Both the position numbers and the translations under genes were made by a program. Of a stretch of DNA of 64,000 bases, positions 27,734-38,000 are shown piece after piece; the stretch's first letter is position 1, and each line of letters opens with the position of its first letter. The notes beneath the pieces are model-generated. The model worked only from the letters and a program-made list of their open reading frames with translations, was not told where the DNA came from and ran no database searches. Source of the stretch: a virus (taxonomy: Duplodnaviria; Caudoviricetes); the IMG/VR virus record IMGVR_UViG_3300021964_010723; one strand, given 5' to 3'.

Positions 27734-28447
27734 TTAATTTTTGGATTCACTAGGCTTGTCAGTTTTAGGCATTATTCCTGGATATGGAGGGAACATTTTT
27801 GCGGCTTGAAAAGCTGGAATATGTGCTAAAGCAGTGGGCAATTCTCTTAAAAGTCTTCTGAACGTTATCCACTGATTCTTGAGACTATCTGGCATATCTT
27901 CACTTATGGCACCGTCAGTTTCTTCTAACATTCTATTTCTTTGCTCTCTTATATCGTCCCAAGTTAAGTTTACTTCTCCTTCATTTTCCCAACCTTTTAC
28001 TGGTAAGATAAATTTTTGTTCCTCAAAATCATATCGTATTTCAAATTCATCATATATATCTCTAGGTTCATATTGATCTGAATAATAGACATGTGAATAT
28101 CCTTCTGGAGCTTCATGTAAAATTAGCCATTGTCTATTGGTTCTCCAAATGACATTGTCAGGATCGCCAATGTCATTTCCTATATAAGCAAGTAAGGCCA
28201 TTTCGTCATTTTCTGTAGCATCGACAGTAATCCTTACACAATCTACATCTACAGGTCTCTCTAAATCTCTTTCTTCATATAAACACCAACCTTTTTCTTT
28301 TCCTGTTTCTATATCAATTTCAAAAGTTAAAAAACGTGGTCCTTTGTATGTCCATGTTCCAGTTTTACCTAAAGAAAAATCAGTACTTCTCCACTCATTA
28401 GGTATAGGAAAAGTAAATTGTTGTTCTATTATTGGATTTTCTGCCAT
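27734..28447 (-). CDS. Tail fibre assembly chaperone-like protein
   Basis: C-terminal W..IRE.RNRML.ETD........W..FRR.LR.LP pattern of phage tail assembly chaperones. Confidence 0.65.
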   Translation of the reverse strand: MAENPIIEQQFTFPIPNEWRSTDFSLGKTGTWTYKGPRFLTFEIDIETGKEKGWCLYEERDLERPVDVDCVRITVDATENDEMALLAYIGNDIGDPDNVIWRTNRQWLILHEAPEGYSHVYYSDQYEPRDIYDEFEIRYDFEEQKFILPVKGWENEGEVNLTWDDIREQRNRMLEETDGAISEDMPDSLKNQWITFRRLLRELPTALAHIPAFQAAKMFPPYPGIMPKTDKPSESKN

Positions 28448-28462
28448 TTAATGTTTCTCCAT

Positions 28463-29305
28463 TTAAATATATGTAATCTTAACTATACCCGATCCGCCCA
28501 TGCCCATCCCGTTTGAACATTGTTTTGCCCAGTTATTACAATAATTGCTTGTTCCTGATCTTCCTCCGCCTGCTGGCCAATTTGTATAACACCCACAAGA
28601 ACACCAACTATCTGACGAACTTGTTCCTTGATGCATACCAATTATGGGTGGTGAACCAGTAAAAGTAGTTGTTCTATAGCAATGACATGCACCGTGTCCA
28701 AATTTATGCCCTACACTCCCCATCATACCAAAATCAGATCCAAAAAATCCACAAATATTACAGTTTGCACAGCCACTTGTATGATGTCTAGGACCCCATG
28801 CATCTCCATTACACATCCATCCTCCACAACCGCCTACTACACAGAAATTACTTAGATTATGTCCAGTTACATACGACCTACAGCCCATACTTGCGCTGCA
28901 GGTATGTGAATAATGACAAGGCCAACTGCCTCCTGCACATACAGTATACTGGCAGCCAGGTACTGTTGCTATTGTCTTTGTAGCATAGTTGCCTCCTGCA
29001 CCTCCAATGCTAAAACTACAGCAATTGCAACAGGTGTGTCCTGCTCCACCACCTCCACCTGACCAAATTTCAAAAGTTACTTGTGAAACATTTGCAGGAA
29101 CTGTCCATAAACAGCATTTTCCATTTGCTTGTTCACAGCAACCTACTTGGCAATTTCTGCAACAAAATCCTCTTGGATTGTAAATCCAATCAACTCCGTA
29201 TCCGTTACCTGCTCCAGTTGCTATATGATCACAAGTTACAATACTACAACAAGATGCATCTATATTTTGTTCAGTTATTCGTTTATAATTTGCATATGAC
29301 GCCAT
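28463..29305 (-). CDS. Cys/Gly-rich protein, paralogue 1 (putative polyglycine adhesin-like)
   Basis: 32 Cys in 280 aa; FEIWSGGGGGAG, GGAGG, GGCGG, AGGG and GGSGIVKITY motifs. Confidence 0.75.
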   Translation of the reverse strand: MASYANYKRITEQNIDASCCSIVTCDHIATGAGNGYGVDWIYNPRGFCCRNCQVGCCEQANGKCCLWTVPANVSQVTFEIWSGGGGGAGHTCCNCCSFSIGGAGGNYATKTIATVPGCQYTVCAGGSWPCHYSHTCSASMGCRSYVTGHNLSNFCVVGGCGGWMCNGDAWGPRHHTSGCANCNICGFFGSDFGMMGSVGHKFGHGACHCYRTTTFTGSPPIIGMHQGTSSSDSWCSCGCYTNWPAGGGRSGTSNYCNNWAKQCSNGMGMGGSGIVKITYI

Positions 29306-30788
29306 ATTTTTCTCTTAATTAAACGTAATTTTAACTATGCCGGATCCGCCCTGTCCTGTTCCACCAGCACAGCATTTAGCCCAGTTGCCACAATAAGATG
29401 ATTGGCCACTAGTTCCGCCGCCTGCTGGCCAATTTACATAGCAACCGCAAGAACACCATGTTTCTGTTGCACTATTGCCATGATGCAAGCCTATCATTGG
29501 AGCAGCACCAGTCCAACTACCATCAGCACCTGAACAATGACATCCCATATGCCCCATTTTCATACCAGTGCTTCCGCTTATTCCAAAATCAGCACCAAAT
29601 GAGCTGCAGATATTACAGTTAGCACATCCAGATCCCATTTCTCTACGCCCCCAAGCGTCACCATTACACATCCAACCACCGCAACCACCTGTGACACAGA
29701 AATTACTTAAATTATGCCCATTTACATATGATCTACAGCCCATACCTGCACCGCAGGTATGGCTTTTCCAACAAGGCCAACTGCCTCCTGCACAAATAGT
29801 GTACTGGCATCCAGGTGCTGTTGCTATTGTTTTAATTGCATAATTACCACCAGCACCTCCGACGCTAAAACTACAGCAATTGCAACAGGTGTGTCCTGCT
29901 CCGCCACCTCCACCTGACCAAATTTCAAAAGTTACACGACTTGTTTTAGCTGGAACAGTCCATAAACAGCATTTTCCATTTGCTTGCTCTACGCAGCTAC
30001 CAGCATCTGAACAATTTCTACAACAAAATCCCCTTGGATTGAAAATATAAAAAACTGTAGGTTTTGGTTTAGCGCCAGTAGCTATAGCGTTTGATGAAAT
30101 AATATTATCATTTAAATTTTCAGTTGCTATTTTTTTATAACTAGTATATGATGCCATTTTAGAACCTTTATTAATAATAACTTATTTTAACCATACCAGA
30201 ACCGCCTTGACCTGACCCACCAGCACAGCATTTTGCCCAGTTACCACAATAGCTAGATGTTCCAGATGCACCGCCTCCTGCTGGCCAATTTACATAGCAA
30301 CCGCAAGAACACCATGCTTCTGTTGTTGACACAGCTTGCATCATTCCCACGAAGGGTGCGGTTCCAGTAAAACTTGTAGTTCCGTTACAACGACACATAG
30401 TTTGGCCAACTCTAAAACCTACTGTTCCGTTTATTCCAAAATCAGCACCAAATGAGCTGCAGATATTACAGTTACCACAACCACTCCAATGATGTCGTGG
30501 TCCCCATGCGTCTCCATTACACATCCATCCACCGCAACCACCCATGACACAGAAATTACTTAGATTATGTCCAGTTACATACGACCTACAGCCCATACCT
30601 GCACCGCAGGTATGGCTTTTACTACAAGGCCAACTGCCTCCTGCACATACAGTATACTGGCATCCAGGTACTGTTGCTATCGTTTTAATTGCATAATTAC
30701 CACCGGCACCTCCAATGCTAAAACTACAGCAATTGCAACAGGTGTGTCCTGCTCCGCCACCTCCACCTGACCAAATTTCAAAAGTTAC
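29009..30788. repeat. 72-bp block repeated three times (29009-29080, 29864-29935, 30717-30788)
   Basis: gctaaaactacagcaattgcaacaggtgtgtcctgctcc(a/g)ccacctccacctgaccaaatttcaaaagttac; a single mismatch in copy 1. Confidence 0.9.
29315..30157 (-). CDS. Cys/Gly-rich protein, paralogue 2
   Basis: Same motif order and length (280 aa). Confidence 0.75.
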   Translation of the reverse strand: MASYTSYKKIATENLNDNIISSNAIATGAKPKPTVFYIFNPRGFCCRNCSDAGSCVEQANGKCCLWTVPAKTSRVTFEIWSGGGGGAGHTCCNCCSFSVGGAGGNYAIKTIATAPGCQYTICAGGSWPCWKSHTCGAGMGCRSYVNGHNLSNFCVTGGCGGWMCNGDAWGRREMGSGCANCNICSSFGADFGISGSTGMKMGHMGCHCSGADGSWTGAAPMIGLHHGNSATETWCSCGCYVNWPAGGGTSGQSSYCGNWAKCCAGGTGQGGSGIVKITFN

Positions 30789-31010
30789 ACATGAGGTATA
30801 TGCTGGTACAGTCCATAAACAGCATCTGCCATTTGCTTGTTCAGTGCATCCGCCAGCATTTGCACAATTCTGACAAGCTAAACCGCGGTTATTATATACC
30901 CATAAAATATTTGATTGTTTACCTGCACCTAATTCTAGTTTTTCTGTAGTTACAGAATCATTTAAGAATTGATCACTTGCAATTTTTTTATAACTACCGT
31001 AATTTGCCAT
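30171..31010 (-). CDS. Cys/Gly-rich protein, paralogue 3
   Basis: Same motif order (279 aa). Confidence 0.75.
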   Translation of the reverse strand: MANYGSYKKIASDQFLNDSVTTEKLELGAGKQSNILWVYNNRGLACQNCANAGGCTEQANGRCCLWTVPAYTSCVTFEIWSGGGGGAGHTCCNCCSFSIGGAGGNYAIKTIATVPGCQYTVCAGGSWPCSKSHTCGAGMGCRSYVTGHNLSNFCVMGGCGGWMCNGDAWGPRHHWSGCGNCNICSSFGADFGINGTVGFRVGQTMCRCNGTTSFTGTAPFVGMMQAVSTTEAWCSCGCYVNWPAGGGASGTSSYCGNWAKCCAGGSGQGGSGMVKISYY

Positions 31011-31021
31011 AATTTATTCCA

Positions 31022-31648
31022 TTATACAGTGATAATTCTCCAACCGTAAGTATCATTACTATAAACAATGTCAAATGCTGCATTTACAGTATTTACTTGC
31101 ATGTCTTCATTATCTCCCATTATAACTTCTCCGTTACGTACTAAAACTAAAGGATTAGTATCAAAAGTACCAGCAAGATCAAAAAATCTTATAGTGTCTC
31201 CCATTGTAGGATCTAACGGAAGCGTTGCTGCAATAAATCCTGCTGATGTATCTACAAAATATGCTTGCCAAGATTCTGCAGTAAATCCACCTACCTTAAC
31301 AGAATAAAGGTATTTAACGCTTTCCCATCTTAAATTTGCAGAACCATCAGTAACTATTGCTTGCGTGTCTGTACCATCTTCCGGCGGTAAAATATATGTT
31401 GTATTTTGTGCAGTCTCACTTGGTTGGAATGCTGTAAAACCGCCACTTGTTGCATTAAATTTTAATGGCAAATTATCATTGATATTAAATTCAGCTACTG
31501 ATGACACAGTCCCTGCCGCATCGCCTACTACTAATCCAAGTGAGGTAAACTCAATTTTAGCTGGAGAATCTGGAACGCTCATTATCCTTTGCGACATATG
31601 AACTAGTGAGTCGTTAATAGGATATTTTCCAACTGTAATTCTTCTCAT
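31022..31648 (-). CDS. Putative virion structural protein
   Basis: Y.LP..DG...Q...TDGS.NL.W, plus a C-terminal YFVDTS.G.I..TLP..P..GD.I.F.D..G.F.TN.L...RNG..I.G domain typical of phage fibre/baseplate proteins. Confidence 0.6.
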   Translation of the reverse strand: MRRITVGKYPINDSLVHMSQRIMSVPDSPAKIEFTSLGLVVGDAAGTVSSVAEFNINDNLPLKFNATSGGFTAFQPSETAQNTTYILPPEDGTDTQAIVTDGSANLRWESVKYLYSVKVGGFTAESWQAYFVDTSAGFIAATLPLDPTMGDTIRFFDLAGTFDTNPLVLVRNGEVIMGDNEDMQVNTVNAAFDIVYSNDTYGWRIITV

Positions 31649-31660
31649 TAATCTTCCTTT

Positions 31661-31981
31661 TTATAGCGTTGTTGTCTCTATTCCATAAACAATAGCTGTA
31701 ACATTTGCTGCATCTGCTCTAACAATAATTTGTTTGTCTGCATTAACTACAATTCCTGTTCTTTCTATGCTACCTGATGGTAATAATTCTACATTAAATT
31801 CTAAGTATTCAGCAGTCGTAGGACTTGCTGTATCTGAAATTGCAATGTTACAAAACACACTTGCAGATCCTCTATTACATAAGTTTACAGTTATAACTGA
31901 AAATGTTGTTTCTGGAACAACATATAATGATGTGTCTACACCTGCAGTTAACTCTGCGTTTCCTAAAATTCCTGTTGCCAT
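31661..31981 (-). CDS. Small beta-sandwich virion protein (family member 1)
   Basis: 106 aa; pattern shared with 45941..46261 and 57544..57927. Confidence 0.55.
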   Translation of the reverse strand: MATGILGNAELTAGVDTSLYVVPETTFSVITVNLCNRGSASVFCNIAISDTASPTTAEYLEFNVELLPSGSIERTGIVVNADKQIIVRADAANVTAIVYGIETTTL

Positions 31982-31997
31982 TAATATTTCTCCAATG

Positions 31998-32005
31998 TAT
32001 TTATC
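31998..32005 (-). promoter_or_regulatory. Late promoter-like box GATAAATA
   Basis: tatttatc overlapping the stop of the 2689-aa gene. Confidence 0.5.
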
Positions 32006-35000
32006 TTAAAAAGTAATTGAGTGCTAGTGGTATACCTGTTACACCTCCAAGGAAGTTTGCAGTTGCGTTAAATTGTATACTTGCACCAGTTACTGTTGAA
32101 ATTAAATTTGTACTTATAAATATGTCACCTGCAGTTAACGAGTTAACATTAAGTGAAGCACCACCGCCACCAATTTGAGCTTCAATATAAGCTTTTATTG
32201 CTCTTTGCGTTGGTATCACTGAATCACTATCTGCAGTCATAAACGGATCTGTTGAAAATTCGCTTACTGTCGCAGAACTTCCGCCAAGAGTCACTTCACC
32301 TAAACTTAATTCTTGTAATCCTGCAATATTAAATGCGTCTGCATTTAGAGTAGCAATACCTGTTGATTGTTCTACGTTAAATAGATTACCTACCCTAAAG
32401 TTTCCATCTTGATCAGTGGCAGTAAAAAATACTCTACCGCCAGCAGATTCAACAGTTTCGTATGGTTGGTATGGATCTTGGAACGGCACTCCTGGATAAT
32501 TTGTAGATTTAAAATTACCAGTTCCTATATCTAAGAAATCGTGTCCTGTTAGACGTACTTGTGAATATCTTATTCTCATATTCAAAGCAGTTTTATCCGG
32601 AGGAACATTAATGCTAGGCATCTCTGGTGATAAATTTAAGAATCCAGTATAACCTCCATCATTTGCTCCTAAGAATGTAACAACATTTACTAATTTAAAC
32701 ACATCATTTGGTAAATGATCAAAAACTACGTTTGAACCTGCAACTGGTACATCGGACATTCTTCTAACAGCAACAAAAATTCCACTTTGATCAAATTCTG
32801 CATATCCATTTGATTCAGTTGCGCTGATATTTCCACTAGCTGCTTCATACCCTATACCTCTGTTTGTAAATGTTGGATTAGCTAAAACTCCGCTACCTGT
32901 TTTAACGGTATAAGTTACGTCATAGATATTGTTAGGATCTGTTAATGTTAGAGTAGGTACGCTTGTGTATCCACTTCCAGGTTCTACTATTCTTATTTCG
33001 AATATTTTTTCATTTGCAATACTAGGGCGAGCAAATGCTTGCATGCCTAATGTCATCCTAACTACATGAGTCTGTACATCTGATCCTTTTAATATCCAAA
33101 CTGGCTCTAAATCTGGATTACCAAAACCTAATGCATTGTATCCATTATTGCCTGCTTGTGCAACAACTGAACGTAATTCCCAATTTGCACAATCTATAGA
33201 AGTTCTAATATTTTCACCTTGCAAGTTATCTATTACAACAAATTGTCCTTGTGCATATTTTATGTCTTTAGAAACTCCTAAGGTAGAACCATCTGCTGGT
33301 AAATCTACGAGCGTCCAACTTTCTCCTCTATCTAATGAATAAATTACATCATTTTGATCTTGCGACACAACTGCAAATCTATTTGCTCCAAATGTAATAG
33401 CACTCCAATTCCTTACAATTGGCGTTAATAATTCATCTGTAAGTAAGACTTTTGTCCATAAAGATGGATTTTGATATTCTGCATATGCAATTGTATTACT
33501 ATCGTCTAAAGCGACTACTAGGCGATTTGCTCCAAATGTGATTCCTACCCAACCGATCTGATCAGGCAAAGCGTCAGCATATTGGGTCCAAGTATTACCT
33601 TCGTCGTCTGAGACTAAAACATCTCTTGATCCTTTAAACATTAAGTAAAACTTGCCTTGACCGTATGTAATGTATGGTTCGCTATCGTAAGCATTTGGTA
33701 AAGCTACAGCACCCCAATTAACATTATCATATGATTGAAAAACTTGATTTTGAGATGTACTTTGGGTTACAATAATCGTAGAACTTACTGCAATATCGCT
33801 AGATCCGTCATATAATATCGCATTAGCAATTTTTGCCGGTCCTGATTGTCCACTTCCTCCAATGGATAAATTTGTCCATGTTGTACCGTCTGTGCTTTTT
33901 TCTATGCTTGTGCTTGTGTCACCAACTGCTATAAAGTCTCCGCTGCAACCAAACCCTTCTTGATCAAATTCTAAAATTGCACCAGTAGTGCTATCACATG
34001 CAGAAGCAATTATTTCTAAATCATTTAGTGGTGTCATTCCGCCTAATTGATCTCCAGGAATGGTTATGCTATCGCCTGTTTTATAATTTGCACCACCATT
34101 AGTTACTGCGACTATATACTTACTACCTACCCTGTTAACTGTAAAAGTGGCTCCTGTTCCTATATCTGAAACAACTAATCCTAGGGTTGGGTTTACATAT
34201 TCTATGCTAGTGTAACACCATGTAATGTCTGTTGTATCCTGCGATGCGCTCAATGTAGTTGCAGTCGTAGTAAACGGAGGTGCTGAAATTGTTATTTTAG
34301 GTTCAATCTGATATACCGAACTTGCATTAGGTGCTGTAATAGGTGTACCTGGATTTAGATGTTCCCAACCAGGTGTTGTTTCATCATTTTTAACCACAGT
34401 TGCAGTTTTGCTGCCTGAGCTGTATGTATCAATTATAGCATATTGGCCTACACCTGTTCCTCCAGTAATAAATATTCTCATTTGTTTGCCGGAATATGCT
34501 GTATCAGGATTACCGTCTGTCGCTGCTAGCGTTAAACTTGTTAATGTTCCAGTTTGAGCGGTATTTGAAACAATTAAGTAACCACTACCGCCAAATTGTT
34601 CTTCGTCACCTGTTAAATCAGTAATCTCTACCCTATTGACAGCCCTGTCTCTAAATTCATCTGTATACGTAGATGCATTTATGCCTGCACCAAAAACATT
34701 TATCACAGCTTCTGTATAAGCTTCTCCTGCATGTGAAAATTCTACATTAATTATTTCGTCGCCAGTTACATTGACATTAGAAATGTCAGCATTAAATTGA
34801 AATCTATTGTCAACTACAGCAGTTACGGGTGTTTCATCAGGGTCTACACCTTCTGCAACAGATCCAAACTTGCCATAACTGTTGTTACCATTAGTAGCTC
34901 TAATTCTGCCACCGTTTTCTGCCAAGTATCCTATGTGTGAATAATATGTAAACACAGATACAAGCTCTGCCCTACCATTATTTGTTATCCAAGCTCCAAT

Positions 35001-38000
35001 ACCATCACTAATTACCTGGGTAAAATCGTTTGAAACGATTGAATCATTACCGCCGTTATGTAATGCACCATCTATCTTTTGTCCTATTGCAGCATGTCCA
35101 AATGTTGTTAAATTTTGCACATACGGTGATCTAGTTGTTATCCATACAGATTCATCATCTGGTCCCCAACCTGGGTCTAAAGATGCATAAGCTCCTGCTG
35201 TTGGTCTCTGTGTTCCTAATAAATTTCCAGCATCAAGATCTCCGTCTAATCCGTCTACAGTCTGTAAGCGTAATCCGGTTGCATTCCTTAGATAGTACAT
35301 GTCTTCTTCTTTAGAACCTAACACACTGTTGACATAATATCTTGCACTTAATTTAGATTTGTAATATGCAGGTAAATTAAATGTAAAATCGTACTGTCGT
35401 AAAACACTGTTTGTAGCAAATCTTCTCTCCCATTGTTGCGGATATACTAAATCCCATCTCATGCCATGGATAATACTTTTTAAATCTCTTGTACAAAGTG
35501 TTCTATTGTATTCGTAAGCAGTTCGGATCGCTAAATTTAAACCTGTGTAATCATTATCAAATTGTACAAGAGTATTACTGGCATCAACAAGCCTAATTTT
35601 AGTTGCGCTTACAATTCTACCAATAGTATATGTATCAGCAAAATTAAAGGTAAATGTTTCTGGAAACACAAATGCATCAGCGTTTGTTATAATAACTTCC
35701 ATTCCTACTTCTAACCATTGTGTAGTAGCTAGTGTCATTGTGTTATCAGCTGCGGTTATGCCAGTAATTACATCTGAATGATAATTATCAACTTTGTTTA
35801 AAACGTCTGCAACAATAAATTCTTTGTTCAAATCTAATATTCTGCTATTTGCATGCAAATCTTTTTCAGCAGTCTGTTGATTATTTCCTTCTGGATTTAC
35901 ACCATAAATTATATCGTTAACAAAATCTATGGTGTAATCTATCTTATCTTTGGCTGCTTGTTCAGACACTGCATTTTTTGCTAAAATTCTAACATATTCA
36001 TTTGCTGCAATGGTAGCTTCTTTTTGGTAACCGTATACTTTAGCAGAAGGTCCTCTTGCATAACTATAAGCTGCAACTATTGAAGCAAAATTTGTATCTA
36101 AACACCAATCATACCTAGCAGCATCTAATATTAGACCTATGTCTCTTGAACATTTTTCATGATCAAAATCAAATCCACTATATACCGATGTAATTTGCTG
36201 GAGTGCCCAGTTTATTGTATATGTTTTTGCTGCATTAATTGCATTTACGGCTGTTGAAATATCACTACTAAACCAATTATTGTCTGGCTGTATTGCTGCT
36301 GGTACTGTAGTTGGGTCATTGGCTGTTATAGAATCAGTAATTATAGCTCTTAATTCATCAATTTTATTATCTTCTGTTGCACCTGCATTTGGTCCGGTGT
36401 AAGGTTGTGATCCACCGCCTAGTGTATTTTGAAAAGCTTGCTTTACATTCGTTGCTAAACTTGTATACAATTGCACACTTGCTGCTCGTTCTGCTGATGT
36501 ACCATATACTGATTCACCAGTTATATTGTTATACAATGCTCTAACAACATTTAGCGTCGCAATGTTACATCCATCTCCGTTAACTGTTTGATCATAATTT
36601 ATATCAAATGCCCAAGATTCTAGTGTTCTTGCTAAATCTTGTTTACATTTTGTTTGTAACTCTGTGCTTAATTGTTGCCAATAAGAATTTGCATTTGCAG
36701 TAAAATCTACAATATAATCTCGATTATTTATAATTTGATTTCTTGCGCTTTCTCTTGTAACAATTCCTCCAGGAATGTTATGGTAAGATACAGCAGGAGC
36801 ACTTGCATCACCATCATTAAATATAGTAGTTAAGTTATTTTGGCTACTATTAATTCGTTGGATTGCTGATGTTGAGTCTGCGTTATTTTGGTTAAAATAT
36901 TCTGTTATTATTTCACTAGCAACAACTCCTACACCATACAATTCCTGTTGGGATTGTTCTTGCTTTACAACACTAGATTGTGCTCTATTGTAGGCATACC
37001 CAGTGTAAATCCCCCAAAAATTTGTTTTTAGTGTTGAGTCTAAAACAAATGCTTCATGTATGTATCCTAAATCTCTTCTACAATATTCACCTCTATATGT
37101 AAAATTTCCAAATTTACTAATAATAAAATCAATAGTATATTCTTGAATATAGGTATAATTATTTGCTAAATTTGTATAATCAGATATTAAGCCGGCTTGT
37201 GCAGTACTAATATCTGGATAGGTTATAGCGGGTAAATTATTTACGTCAGTAACAATAGTAATCAAAATATTCATCAATGTGAAAATTGTATTACTTACAG
37301 TGCCATTGGCTGAGTTTGTAGTAATGATTTGTGATATTTCAGTTTGATACGGATTTATAATTGTATTGTTTATCGCTACATTTTGTAATACTGATTGTAA
37401 ATAGCCGTAAGCATCTAAAGTAGCAGTTATCTCGGTATTATTAATTTGCAATATACCTGTTACTCCAGAATAATATGCTAGGGCTGCATTAATTGTTTGC
37501 CAATTACCTCCATAGACTAAATCATAACAAATTGCATCTATTACGTAACCAACATCTTGTTGACACTTTGTTCTACTATAAGATAATGTCTCATATTGGT
37601 CATCTAGAAAACCTTGAATTTCTCTTTTAATGAAATCTCTATTTAAGAAAATATTTTCTTTTGCGTATCCATAAACAGGTTCTGCTAGAGCATATGAAGC
37701 AGTAAAATCTGCTTCAGTTTTTCTTCCAATACCGTGATCAATAAATCTTTTAATTACCCTTGCTAGTTGTGTAGTTGCTAAAGCTGTAGAAGGACTACCT
37801 ATTGGCCAATCTGTTAGTTGAGCTTCGTTATTTCCTAATTCTGCATTGACTGTGATTCCTTGGCTAATATCTTCTAAAATATTTTCTAGATGATCTAAAG
37901 CTGCATAGGTGTACTTTATATCAGTCGTTGGTGTCAATCCATTCTCAACTTTCCTTGGATACACAGTAACTGACCTTAATTCGTCTCCCATAACACAACA

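Noticed and set aside
28463-31010. Cys-rich triplet as classical RiPP precursors
   Set aside because: At 280 aa, with no leader/core or double-Gly export architecture and no radical SAM, YcaO or LanM enzyme nearby, a structural adhesin reading fits better. Post-translational modification remains possible.
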